From the IMG/VR virus record IMGVR_UViG_3300004481_000389: DNA of 64,000 bases. One strand, written 5' to 3'. Positions within the stretch are counted from its first letter, which is position 1, and each line of letters begins with the position of its first letter. This DNA is from a virus. Both the position numbers and the translations under genes were made by a program. The notes beneath the pieces were generated by a model that did no database searches, was not told the DNA's origin, and saw only the letters and a list, made by a program, of their open reading frames with translations. Of the stretch, positions 52,567 to 62,036 are shown piece by piece.

Positions 52567-54060
52567 ATGATCACTAAACAAGAATTTTCGCAGTCTGCTT
52601 TTGCAACTATCGGTGATTATCCAACCCTTGAGATTTTGTACCAGGCAAAGGACCCTCGACTACTACAACACATTGATGCGATAGCAACGATGCTTTCGAT
52701 GTTCTCAGCACAACTGGAAGTTGCTCAGGCAGAGCCTTTTGAAAAAACCAAGCAAAGCACCGTACTTGCAGATGCGGCCATGCGGGGCGTGATCCCTAAA
52801 GCAGTACCGACCGTGCTATCTATCAAGATCGAAAATGATGCAGTAGAAGCCGTGTCAATTGGCGCGGGGCGTATTTTGCTAGATTCTAGCGGCCGATCTT
52901 TAAGAGTAGATAATTCAGTAAGTGTAAATGCTAAAGGCACTGGCTATGTCACAGCTACTCAGTTATATGACCTTAAAACAGTGCATACCGTGACTGAAAG
53001 CCGACCGTTTTATGAGATTCCTTTGCCTATGAAAAATGAGGAATCACTTTTATCAGGCGTTCGCGTTTTTGACGAGGCTGGTAATGAATATACCTATAGT
53101 GATAGGTATGTTGCGATTAATGCTGATGACAAAGTTTTCCATATTGAAGTTGATGAAAAGCAAAACTTTTATGTGCGCTTTGGTTATAAGGGTATTGTCG
53201 GCGTTCAACCTCCTAAAAATGCACAAATTACAGTCCAGGCCTTTTATACATTTGGTTTAGTTGATTCCTACTTACAAGGGGATCAAGTTGTTTTTGAGGT
53301 AAATCAATCTCTAAATGATGCCTATGTAAAACTTTCAATTGATGCAGTTAAAACAGTCGGTGAGGCACCAATTTCTACAGCGGTTTTACGCGAATTAACC
53401 AAATATCCAAGCGTATATAATAAAAACGCCGTTTATTTAGGTGAGTTTGATTATTTAATTCGCAGTAATTTTCCTCATTTGGCCTTTCTATCTGTCTGGA
53501 ATGAAGCAGCGGAAGAAATTGCTAGAGCGCCAAGTACGGACAATATTAATAGCCTATTTATTGCTGTGGTGGGTGACACTGGCCAGGAAGGTTATGATCT
53601 ATACGCACCAGGTAAAAAACCTACGGAGGTTACTCAATTAACCCCATTGCAGCAAAGTATTAAGACTGCTGTTTATAAGGCTGATGATACCTACCGAGTG
53701 CGTTTTTTCCGGCCATTGGTTCGGGAAATCGCCGTATCCATTACTGCCAACGTTTCTACTTCTTATGATCAGGATGTTGTTAAAAAGCAGATTCAAACAG
53801 CTGTTATAGAAAAGTATGGCCAGGATTCAGTAGTAATGAGTAGAGGTAAGGCAAAACCTAAATACCAGGATCTTTATAACCATATTAAAAAAAATGTATC
53901 GGCCTTAGCGGTCGGTAGTGCTGACTTAAAAATTGTTCTTGAGGATCTAGGCCAGTTTGATGCCTATCCTGAAATCTGGCAATACATTGATGTAAGTAAG
54001 TTGGACATTGTGGTGAATGTAGAAAACGTATCTACAAACTCCTGGGGGGTCGGATTCTAA
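52567..54060 (+). CDS. putative baseplate wedge protein (J-like by position)
   Basis: 497-aa ORF two genes upstream of the tail fibre, with coupled stops. Confidence 0.45.
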   Translation: MITKQEFSQSAFATIGDYPTLEILYQAKDPRLLQHIDAIATMLSMFSAQLEVAQAEPFEKTKQSTVLADAAMRGVIPKAVPTVLSIKIENDAVEAVSIGAGRILLDSSGRSLRVDNSVSVNAKGTGYVTATQLYDLKTVHTVTESRPFYEIPLPMKNEESLLSGVRVFDEAGNEYTYSDRYVAINADDKVFHIEVDEKQNFYVRFGYKGIVGVQPPKNAQITVQAFYTFGLVDSYLQGDQVVFEVNQSLNDAYVKLSIDAVKTVGEAPISTAVLRELTKYPSVYNKNAVYLGEFDYLIRSNFPHLAFLSVWNEAAEEIARAPSTDNINSLFIAVVGDTGQEGYDLYAPGKKPTEVTQLTPLQQSIKTAVYKADDTYRVRFFRPLVREIAVSITANVSTSYDQDVVKKQIQTAVIEKYGQDSVVMSRGKAKPKYQDLYNHIKKNVSALAVGSADLKIVLEDLGQFDAYPEIWQYIDVSKLDIVVNVENVSTNSWGVGF

Positions 54061-54719
54061 TGTTCGACTTTCAGGCCTCAGTTATCCCTCAGATGACCCC
54101 ACTTCAAAAGAGTTATACCAATAATTCTTTTGAACGGGAAATCAAAGAGCTATTTATCGATCTGTTTAAAACCCATTTAGGTGAGGCAACTTTTAACGCT
54201 TTTGTACTGGGTTCGCCGCATTTGGGTAGCTTCGACCTGGTGCGTAAAAGTATCAATACAGATGGTATTTCATTGTTGCAAAGTAATGTTGAAGAAGCCA
54301 CGACCCGATATTTGTATCGCGCCTGGAAATCGGGGGACGTTCAAAAGCGCGGCCTCCATATCTTGCGGGTTTATGTGAAATTGCTATTTGGTAGCTTGGC
54401 AGAAGTTACCCAGCTGCAGCACAGTATTCATGAGCCTTATCCGACTAAACTTGTTGAATATAAGCCTGGTGATCCTCTATTGCCAGACCATTACCTAACA
54501 TCGCGTGTGTATGTGGATATTGATGCTTCTTTTGCAGATGAATCAATTAAGCGTATTGCAAGCAGTGTGCAGTCAATCCTGGCTGCTCGTTTTGTTCCTG
54601 AGATTCGTTTCAAAACCCTATCGACCCGTTCAAGCATGACATTCCTATTTGCAAATAACAGCGGACTAAGAGCGCACTTTATAGCAACAGGTACATTGGT
54701 GAATAACAATGGCAATTAA
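54060..54719 (+). CDS. putative baseplate / tail-fibre attachment protein (by position)
   Basis: 219-aa ORF that overlaps the tail-fibre start by 11 nt. Confidence 0.45.
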   Translation: MFDFQASVIPQMTPLQKSYTNNSFEREIKELFIDLFKTHLGEATFNAFVLGSPHLGSFDLVRKSINTDGISLLQSNVEEATTRYLYRAWKSGDVQKRGLHILRVYVKLLFGSLAEVTQLQHSIHEPYPTKLVEYKPGDPLLPDHYLTSRVYVDIDASFADESIKRIASSVQSILAARFVPEIRFKTLSTRSSMTFLFANNSGLRAHFIATGTLVNNNGN

Positions 54720-57700
54720 CTTAGCATTAACCCTTACTTTAGATGGTAGAGATGCGTTCTGGAATAGTGGAAATACAGGTACAAAGCTTGATATTACACA
54801 CTTGCAATTTGGTACTCGAAACCGCTTACCAACGGGTGAGGAATCTCTTTTAAGCTTACCAAAGCAATCAGTAAAGATTCAAAACGGCAATAAGATCGGA
54901 CCAGATCAGGTTCGGATTATGGCCACAATGCCAGGGATTGAAAACTATAACGTCACGGAAATCGGTTTATGGTCCGGTGAGCCTGGGCTTGTGGGCAGTA
55001 TTTTAGTTGCTTATACATCGGTGAGGACTGGATATATTGCCCAGATGGTTAATGGCATTGATCTAGTGTTTACCTATGACATGGTAATTGCTACAACGGA
55101 TATTGATAAAATTAATATCGTTAAGGATACTGATCAAAGCTCGACTTTTTCCCTGCTTGCGGCGCATGAAACAGATAGAAATGCTCATCCTTTTTATGTG
55201 ACAACTGATACGGCTCAGACTATTTCTGGCGCTAAAACTTTCACAAATAAGGCGATTTTTTCAGGTGGCTTGACGGGTGAGTTGACAGGTAATGCAGCCA
55301 CGGCCACACAGCTTGAAACACCCCGAACGATTGGCGGTGTAAGCTTTAATGGTACTGCAAATATCAACCTACCTGGCGTGAATATTGCGGGTAATCAAAA
55401 CACCTCCGGGAATGCTGCAACCGCTTCAAAATTGGCGGCGGCGGTTCTAGTCGGTGGTATTGCTTTTGATGGCTCGGCTGCAATTAACCTACCTGGCGTA
55501 AATATTGCGGGCAATCAAAACACCTCCGGGAATGCTGCAACCGCAACTAAACTCCAAACAGCTCGAACTATTGCCTTGAGTGGCGCGGTTACAGGTACAG
55601 CGACGAACTTTGACGGTTCGGAAAACATCACCATTGCAACAACTTCAATTGATGGCTCTAAGATCAACACGGGCACAATTCCTGCGGAGCGAATTCCAAC
55701 GCTAAACCAAAACACAACTGGTTCAGCCAAAGTGGTTCTTAATCAGGGCAATGTGGCACCTTTAACAGGTACAGCTTCTCCTGAACGTGGCTTGAGCATG
55801 GTTCAAGGCTACAACAATGGCTACCCACACGCTTACGGCAACTCACTACGGTTAGGTGGTCATGGTCAGGGCGAGATTTATGTAGGTTGGTCGGATTTAA
55901 ATGGTGGCTTAGCCCCTTCATTCATCCGAAATAAGCGTGATAATGCGGATGCCAATTGGAGCGCATGGCGCGAGATTGTGTTTAAGGATGAAATTGGCAC
56001 ACTGAGCGCAGCCACAGCGACTAAACTTGCAACGGCTCGCACGATTGGCGGTGTGAGCTTTGACGGTACAGCGGACATCAACCTACCAGGCGTTAACACG
56101 ACAGGTAATCAATCAACAACTGGAAATGCAGCCACAGCGACTAAACTTGCCACAGCTCGCTCAATTAACGGTGTGGGCTTTGATGGTACAGCTAATATTA
56201 CGATTGCGGATAATACTAAATTGCCGTTAACTGGCGGTACATTAACTGGCGGTTTAACTGCACCCAATCTTACGGCTACTGGTAGTATAAACGCTACTAC
56301 GTGTGGTGTTACTGGAATGGGTAATTATTCCCCAACAGGACAGGGTGCATACCTTTCATGGAATAGAAATGATGGAGGGGGTAGAACTGACTTTATTAAT
56401 AATAGAGGTGGGGGTGCAGGTGGTTTTGATTGGTGGAATGGAAACGAAAGTAGTTACACCCAAGTAATGAGTCTAGACCAAAGCGGAGTATTATCAACTA
56501 AAGGCGGTTTTAACGGTAACGCTGCATCTGCAACTAAATTACAAACTGCTAGAACTATCAACGGTGTTAGCTTTGACGGTACATCCAATATTACTATTGC
56601 AGCTGAAACCCCTTCTATTACATTAATTAATAGCGATGCTACTCTGGCTTCTGCAACGACACCCGGTTTATATTCTGTTGCTGGATATTCAATAGCAGGA
56701 TTGTACGACTATGGATTATTGAGAGTTTGGTCGTTTGGCGGTGTATGGAATCAGATGTTCATTTCACATAACTCCAATTCTAACGGATCTGTCGCAATTA
56801 GACAATCATGGAATGGTACAGCAGGATATAATGCATGGAGAGTAATAGATAGTCCTAACGTAGGGGGCAACGCTGCCACTGCAACTAAACTCCAAACGGC
56901 TCGCACGATCAATGGCGTAAGCTTTGACGGCACGGCAAACATTACCGTTGCGGATAGTACTAAATTACCATTAACCGGTGGTACAATTAATGGTAGTATC
57001 ACAACCACAAATTTGTCTGTACGTTCAGGCTTAATCAATTCGGATGACAATAATCACTATATAGATATAGGTAAAGACGGTGTAGACCGAATGAATTTTG
57101 GCTCTTATGGCGGTATTTTTAATTTTTATAATACTAATAAAGGGACCGGTACTGAGTCTACAATTGGAGTGTCCATTGCCAACAATAAAGTTAAAGCGAC
57201 TACGTTTGAGGGAGCATTAACCGGCAATGCTGCAACGGCAACCAAACTTGCAACAGCACGTACAATTAATGGCATGGCATTTGATGGTACAGCTAATATT
57301 ACTATTACGGATAATACTAAATTACCATTAGCTGGTGGCACAATTACAGGCAGTTTAAATGTAAGCGATACAATCACTGTTACCGGTGTAGGTGATCATG
57401 CAAATGCATTTAAGAAGCTTATTCAAGCTGATACTACTACAGATGGCGGATATATTGCAGTAGGTAATAATGGTTCTGATAAAGGTTACGTTGAAATTGG
57501 CACGATTGATGATCCTGATGCTGCAATTTGTGCGCGAAAAAGAAATGCTGCCAATACAGTTATTGATGAAGCTTATATTTTAGGGTCTGATGGTAATACC
57601 TCTTTTCCTAAATCAGTATTTATACATAATGTTCCATCTGGATATGGGACATGTGGATTAGTTGCAGGTACCGCTGACAATGCTAGATATGATGGGTGTA

Positions 57701-58398
57701 ATATAGACATTACATCGTGGTTTGGGGTCGGGATTAAAGCTTCAAACAGTGGCGAAAGAACAGTAGTTTTTAATGCTAGAACTGGTGATATATCTAATAA
57801 AGGTTCAATTAATACTGTTGGATTGGTAAACGGTAAAGGATTGGGAGTCACTAGCGCAGATGGGTTGGGAAGTGGATTATCTTTGTATAACGGAGCAGTG
57901 GATGGGTTGCCAACTTACGGTATCGCGTTTGCTCAAATACAGCATCACGGAGGATATGGTTATGTAGATGGTGATTGGGCGACTTATTTTACTATGGAAG
58001 GTGCTTATAATCGTGGATGGATTTTTAAGTCGCATACTCGTGGAAATGTAGCTTCAATTAGTTCAACAGGTGATGCATATTTTAATGGTGTGATTAGTGC
58101 TGAGAAGTACCACACAAGAAATAAATCAATTGCCGCAACTGGTTATACTCCATTAACCAATGGTGTGATTCTGCAATGGGGCACTAATCTGGTAGAAGGT
58201 GATAGTGATTTAACTGTAACTTTCCCGGTTGCTTTCCCTAACGGCTTTCTTAGTGCACAGGCTTCGCTAGGTATGAACAACTGGTCAGTAAGAGGTGATG
58301 CGGGTTGTGGTGCTCATAGTCCCACAAATACAACTTTGGTAATTCGTAATGGTGCGGGTCCAGCGGGTGATCTTTTCTGGCTGGCAATTGGATATTAA
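54709..58398 (+). CDS. long tail fibre protein
   Basis: 1229 aa with eight or more copies of the phage tail-fibre repeat GNAATATKLxTARTIxGVSFDGTANI, plus KLPLTGGT motifs. Confidence 0.85.
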   Translation: MAINLALTLTLDGRDAFWNSGNTGTKLDITHLQFGTRNRLPTGEESLLSLPKQSVKIQNGNKIGPDQVRIMATMPGIENYNVTEIGLWSGEPGLVGSILVAYTSVRTGYIAQMVNGIDLVFTYDMVIATTDIDKINIVKDTDQSSTFSLLAAHETDRNAHPFYVTTDTAQTISGAKTFTNKAIFSGGLTGELTGNAATATQLETPRTIGGVSFNGTANINLPGVNIAGNQNTSGNAATASKLAAAVLVGGIAFDGSAAINLPGVNIAGNQNTSGNAATATKLQTARTIALSGAVTGTATNFDGSENITIATTSIDGSKINTGTIPAERIPTLNQNTTGSAKVVLNQGNVAPLTGTASPERGLSMVQGYNNGYPHAYGNSLRLGGHGQGEIYVGWSDLNGGLAPSFIRNKRDNADANWSAWREIVFKDEIGTLSAATATKLATARTIGGVSFDGTADINLPGVNTTGNQSTTGNAATATKLATARSINGVGFDGTANITIADNTKLPLTGGTLTGGLTAPNLTATGSINATTCGVTGMGNYSPTGQGAYLSWNRNDGGGRTDFINNRGGGAGGFDWWNGNESSYTQVMSLDQSGVLSTKGGFNGNAASATKLQTARTINGVSFDGTSNITIAAETPSITLINSDATLASATTPGLYSVAGYSIAGLYDYGLLRVWSFGGVWNQMFISHNSNSNGSVAIRQSWNGTAGYNAWRVIDSPNVGGNAATATKLQTARTINGVSFDGTANITVADSTKLPLTGGTINGSITTTNLSVRSGLINSDDNNHYIDIGKDGVDRMNFGSYGGIFNFYNTNKGTGTESTIGVSIANNKVKATTFEGALTGNAATATKLATARTINGMAFDGTANITITDNTKLPLAGGTITGSLNVSDTITVTGVGDHANAFKKLIQADTTTDGGYIAVGNNGSDKGYVEIGTIDDPDAAICARKRNAANTVIDEAYILGSDGNTSFPKSVFIHNVPSGYGTCGLVAGTADNARYDGCNIDITSWFGVGIKASNSGERTVVFNARTGDISNKGSINTVGLVNGKGLGVTSADGLGSGLSLYNGAVDGLPTYGIAFAQIQHHGGYGYVDGDWATYFTMEGAYNRGWIFKSHTRGNVASISSTGDAYFNGVISAEKYHTRNKSIAATGYTPLTNGVILQWGTNLVEGDSDLTVTFPVAFPNGFLSAQASLGMNNWSVRGDAGCGAHSPTNTTLVIRNGAGPAGDLFWLAIGY
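55366..55544 (+). repeat. Near-identical 59-nt segments at a 120-nt period inside the tail-fibre gene
   Basis: 55366-55424 and 55486-55544 differ at 2 positions (aacctacctggcgtRaatattgcgggYaatcaaaacacctccgggaatgctgcaaccgc). Confidence 0.8.
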
Positions 58399-58410
58399 TT
58401 AGGTGTAGCA

Positions 58411-58911
58411 ATGAGTATTAAATTTAGTGAAAAAAATCAAGCGTTTTATGATTTAGTTTTGGACTATGGTGATCTACCTGATGATCTGGTTGATATAAAC
58501 AAGGATCTACACATGGATTTACTTGCAGCGATCAATGCGGGTCACTATATTTCTTCTGAATTGAAGATTTCAAAAGAAACTAGAAAATCAATATTTGAAA
58601 AATGGAATGGTGAGGCTTGGGTTGACCCTAGAAATTCAGAAGAAATTAAAGCAGCTGAGTTTAGAAAACTGACACCATTAACCCGTAGACAGTTTCGGAT
58701 GGCCTTTATTTTAAATGGCTATGACCTAGACGCAATTAAGGCCAAGATCCTAGAAATTGAGGATATTCAAACTCGCCAGCTAACCTTAGTGGAATGGGAA
58801 GATGCAGTCACATTTGAGCGTGATAATGCTTCACTGGTTATGATGGCTGGATTACTAGGCCTGGATGATGATCAGGTTAATGCCATGTGGAAACAAGCAT
58901 TAACGCTATAA
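58411..58911 (+). CDS. tail fibre assembly/chaperone-like protein
   Basis: 166 aa immediately after the fibre gene. The C-terminal LTRRQFRMAFILNGY...VEWEDAVTFERDNASLVMMAGLLGL resembles the DUF4376-type domain found on fibre chaperones. Confidence 0.55.
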   Translation: MSIKFSEKNQAFYDLVLDYGDLPDDLVDINKDLHMDLLAAINAGHYISSELKISKETRKSIFEKWNGEAWVDPRNSEEIKAAEFRKLTPLTRRQFRMAFILNGYDLDAIKAKILEIEDIQTRQLTLVEWEDAVTFERDNASLVMMAGLLGLDDDQVNAMWKQALTL

Positions 58912-58994
58912 AAATGTACTGGTTATTGAAGTGGTTATTCATTCGTGAGTAATCACTTTTTTTATATATAAAAACAGCAACTTAAAATCCTATG

Positions 58995-59015
58995 TGATGC
59001 GTACAGTACGCATCA
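58995..59015. promoter_or_regulatory. Perfect inverted repeat TGATGCGTAC-A-GTACGCATCA upstream of int
   Basis: 10-bp arms, 76 bp upstream of the integrase ATG. Confidence 0.35.
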
Positions 59016-59090
59016 TACAAAAGCCTTGTATTTCAATTGAAAGCGCATTAATGTGGATCATAAGACTAACCAAAAAAATACAGACTTCCC

Positions 59091-60314
59091 ATGTCTTTGA
59101 CTGATAAACACGTTCGCCAGGCCCCACCAAAAGATAAAATCTATTTTTTAAGTGATGATGATGGGCTAAGCCTCAAAATAGAGCCGACCGGATTAAAAAC
59201 TTGGTGCTATCGCTATACCGATCCAGTCACAAAAAAACGGGCAAGAAAAAGCCTGGGCTATTATCCAGAAATGCAGCTCAAACAAGCCAGGAATGAAAGG
59301 GACCATAAAAAAGCTTTTTTGCATATTCATGGTATTTGGGAGGGGGATGAAGTTAAAGCCAGTACCTTATTATTTTCTGATGTGGCGAATGAATGGCTAA
59401 ATTTTAAAGTTAAAAATAGCCTGGGGGATAATCCTCGTTGTGGGGTTTTATCACTATCAAAAAGATGCCTGGATAATGATATAAATCCGGTTATTGGTGA
59501 AATCCCATTTAATGAGGTTAAACGAAAGGACCTGGTTAATGTGATCCGTAAAATAGAGGAACGGGGAGTAAAAGAGCCAGTTAAAAAGGCATGTAGTTAT
59601 TTAAGCCAGATTTATGATTATGCCGTGGCAATTGGTTATTCTGATTTTAATATTGCGCTTAATTTAAACAAAGTATTAATTAAATCCAAAATTAAAATAA
59701 ATTACCCATATTTAAAAGATAGTGAGTTAGGCGATTTTATTAAATCACTCACTGGTTATAATGCCGATCCAATTATTAAAAAGGCACTATGGTTGAAGCT
59801 TTATACTGGTGTGCGTGGTGCTGAATTAATCCAGGCAAAAGCAGAGCATTTCGACCTGGATAACAAGCTTTGGAGAATCCCGGCAATTCACGTAAAACAA
59901 TTACGGCGTAAGGCTTTGATGGGTGTCGATGTTCCTGACTACTTGGTGCCTTTATCCGATCAAGCCATTGAGGTTGTAAGATCTGCTTTGGATTGGTCCC
60001 ACGGTGAACGGTATGTTTTTGCTAGTCCTAGAAAGGTCGGCCAGCATATACATTTTAATTCTATTAATACATTAATTCGCCGTATGGGGTACGATAAAAA
60101 TAAATTATCTTCACATGGTTTACGTTCAACCATGAGTACAATTTTAAATGATTCTGGATTATTTAAAAGTGAATGGATTGAAGCTCAATTATCACATTCG
60201 GATAAAGACCAGACCAGGGCAAGTTATAACCATGCTGAATATATAGGACAGCGTTTAGAAATGATGCAATGGTGGGGGGATTATCTTCATAATCTGCCTA
60301 CTCAAAATAAATAA
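59091..60314 (+). CDS. int: tyrosine recombinase, P4-type integrase family
   Basis: N-terminal arm-binding motif LTDKHVRQAPPKDKIYFLSDDDGLSLKIEPTGLKTWCYRY. Catalytic region GVRGAEL, HGLRST and RASYNHAEY. Confidence 0.9.
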   Translation: MSLTDKHVRQAPPKDKIYFLSDDDGLSLKIEPTGLKTWCYRYTDPVTKKRARKSLGYYPEMQLKQARNERDHKKAFLHIHGIWEGDEVKASTLLFSDVANEWLNFKVKNSLGDNPRCGVLSLSKRCLDNDINPVIGEIPFNEVKRKDLVNVIRKIEERGVKEPVKKACSYLSQIYDYAVAIGYSDFNIALNLNKVLIKSKIKINYPYLKDSELGDFIKSLTGYNADPIIKKALWLKLYTGVRGAELIQAKAEHFDLDNKLWRIPAIHVKQLRRKALMGVDVPDYLVPLSDQAIEVVRSALDWSHGERYVFASPRKVGQHIHFNSINTLIRRMGYDKNKLSSHGLRSTMSTILNDSGLFKSEWIEAQLSHSDKDQTRASYNHAEYIGQRLEMMQWWGDYLHNLPTQNK

Positions 60315-60345
60315 ACTGAGGCTGCAGATAGAAAAAACCTCGTAT

Positions 60346-60375
60346 AAAAAAAGGCCCATTTAAGGGCCTTTTTTT
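60346..60375. terminator. Bidirectional terminator
   Basis: A-run, AAGGCCC-atttaa-GGGCCTT, T-run. Confidence 0.7.
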
Positions 60376-60769
60376 AGATATGTGGATATGAACAAATAGC
60401 GTCAGTTACATATTCAAAAATAGATCCGGGCGGGATTTCCAACCAACGGCCAGAGCCAAGATCTTGACCTTTAAATTGGCCATTTGCGCCATAACCGATA
60501 GTTGCATCAATTGAGAATCTTGTATTTTTACAGTCTATTGTCTGACTGGTAAGCGTGTAATCACCAGCATTAAATTTGCCATCTGCACGATTGTATTTAA
60601 CTTTTACCCAGGCTTTGCGGTGATCCAGGCCTTTATTCGCGTATGCAATCCGATCTGCATCTACTGATACTGTTGTATTTTTATTGGCATTAAGCTCTAC
60701 CCAGTCAGCCGCATTTACAGCCGTGGTTCCCAGTGCCAAAAACAGGGCAGATACAAGTATTTTTTTCAT
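60374..60769 (-). CDS. secreted protein resembling the surface-adhesin protein E family (moron)
   Basis: Signal peptide MKKILVSALFLALGTTAVNA. Family-like pattern W..., VDADRI, AWVKV, DC, Y..NG, WLEIPPGS, C. Confidence 0.6.
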   Translation of the reverse strand: MKKILVSALFLALGTTAVNAADWVELNANKNTTVSVDADRIAYANKGLDHRKAWVKVKYNRADGKFNAGDYTLTSQTIDCKNTRFSIDATIGYGANGQFKGQDLGSGRWLEIPPGSIFEYVTDAICSYPHI

Positions 60770-60803
60770 TTACATTTCCTTTAGTTACAAGGGAAAGTAT
60801 AAA

Positions 60804-60834
60804 CAAAAAAGGCCCTATAGAAAGGGCCTTTTTT
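60804..60834. terminator. Bidirectional terminator
   Basis: A-run, AGGCCCT-atagaa-AGGGCCT, T-run. Confidence 0.7.
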
Positions 60835-60844
60835 AATTAGAAAA

Positions 60845-61084
60845 CTAGGAATTATGGTGTTTTTCACCCTTATAAAGTGAAATGGCTAACACTGCTCGAT
60901 AGCGCCAAGATTGCCAGGCTGCTTCAATGAGGGGATTGGCATAAACCTGATCATCAAGAGGTGAGCGTTTTAGATATTCAGGTGTGAAATTTTCCATACC
61001 TAAAATATGTATTTCAAAAGCTTTTCGCTCTAAAGATTCTTCAAAGTAGCTTAGGCACTTGAAGGTAAGAGTTTTATCACTCAT
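60845..61084 (-). CDS. hypothetical protein
   Basis: 79-aa ORF. Confidence 0.5.
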   Translation of the reverse strand: MSDKTLTFKCLSYFEESLERKAFEIHILGMENFTPEYLKRSPLDDQVYANPLIEAAWQSWRYRAVLAISLYKGEKHHNS

Positions 61085-61150
61085 GTTATTTTTCCCATTA
61101 AAGAAGGCCCTAAAATTAGGGCCTTGAAGGTTTTTGTGAAGTTGTATTTT

Positions 61151-61705
61151 TTAGCCAAGTCGCCAATCTAGGGGCGCAAAAGGTAGATCATCATCTAAAT
61201 CACTGGTGCCGCCGCCGCCGTTTGGTGGGGGTGGTGTATTTGTCCGGGGTGCATTGCCATAGCCTCCCTGGTTGCGCGGTGGTGGGCTGTTATAGCCTGG
61301 CTGTTGCTGATTCCCATAGCCTGACTGCTGTTGGCCATTACCGCCTCGTTGCTGGCCATTGCCATCATGTCGGGGACTATCCACCAGCTGCATAACTTCG
61401 CCGCGAACTTCGGTTGTGTAACGTTCCTGGCCGTTCTGATCCGTCCATTGCCGGGTGCGTAATGAGCCTTCGATATAAACTTTCGAGCCTTTACGCACAT
61501 ATTGGGCGGCAATTTCAGCCAGGCGATTATTTAAGACAATGCGGTGCCACTCGGTTTGTTCTTTGCGTTCACCCGTAGTTTTATCGGTCCAGCTGTCACT
61601 GGTTGCAATTGAAAACTGTGTGAGTGAGCCGCCATTTGGAAAAGTTTTAGTTTCAGGGTCCTTTCCTACAGTACCAACTAAAATAACCTTATTCACGCCT
61701 CGCAT
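61151..61705 (-). CDS. ssb: single-stranded DNA-binding protein
   Basis: OB-fold N-terminus [18 protein letters not shown]...TEWHRIV, a Gly/Gln/Pro-rich linker, and the DDDLPF acidic tip followed by 8 extra residues. Confidence 0.9.
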   Translation of the reverse strand: MRGVNKVILVGTVGKDPETKTFPNGGSLTQFSIATSDSWTDKTTGERKEQTEWHRIVLNNRLAEIAAQYVRKGSKVYIEGSLRTRQWTDQNGQERYTTEVRGEVMQLVDSPRHDGNGQQRGGNGQQQSGYGNQQQPGYNSPPPRNQGGYGNAPRTNTPPPPNGGGGTSDLDDDLPFAPLDWRLG

Positions 61706-61721
61706 GATATTTACCTCTAAA

Positions 61722-62036
61722 TTAACTTTTTAGAACGGGTTTCTTGCCCTGAGTTTTAGGCTTTGATTTGCGTTCAACTGGATTTGGTTTCGGTTTGGTG
61801 TCGGATCGCTTTGTAGCTGGCTTGTGTTGCCTGTTATCCTTTCGGGCTTGCTGCTGCTTATACCGGGCCTGTTGATCATGCTTGAAGGCTGCAGCGGTGA
61901 ATTTTTCAATCTCGAAAGGGGCTACATTCTCAAATGTTTGACCCAGGCAGACTAGGGTTCGCGTCATGCTGCTATAGCGAAAACTGATACCCGTGTGTTT
62001 GTTTGGTGTGTTGCTTTGATTCATGTTTATTTCCAT
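61722..62036 (-). CDS. hypothetical protein with a Lys/Pro-rich basic tail
   Basis: 104-aa ORF. A start at the second ATG (62024) is possible. Confidence 0.45.
   Translation of the reverse strand: MEINMNQSNTPNKHTGISFRYSSMTRTLVCLGQTFENVAPFEIEKFTAAAFKHDQQARYKQQQARKDNRQHKPATKRSDTKPKPNPVERKSKPKTQGKKPVLKS

Noticed and set aside
58411-60314. Invertible tail-fibre host-range switch (P1 cin / Mu gin-like)
   Set aside because: There is no inverted alternative fibre-tip and chaperone cassette. The adjacent recombinase is a tyrosine integrase, not a serine invertase.
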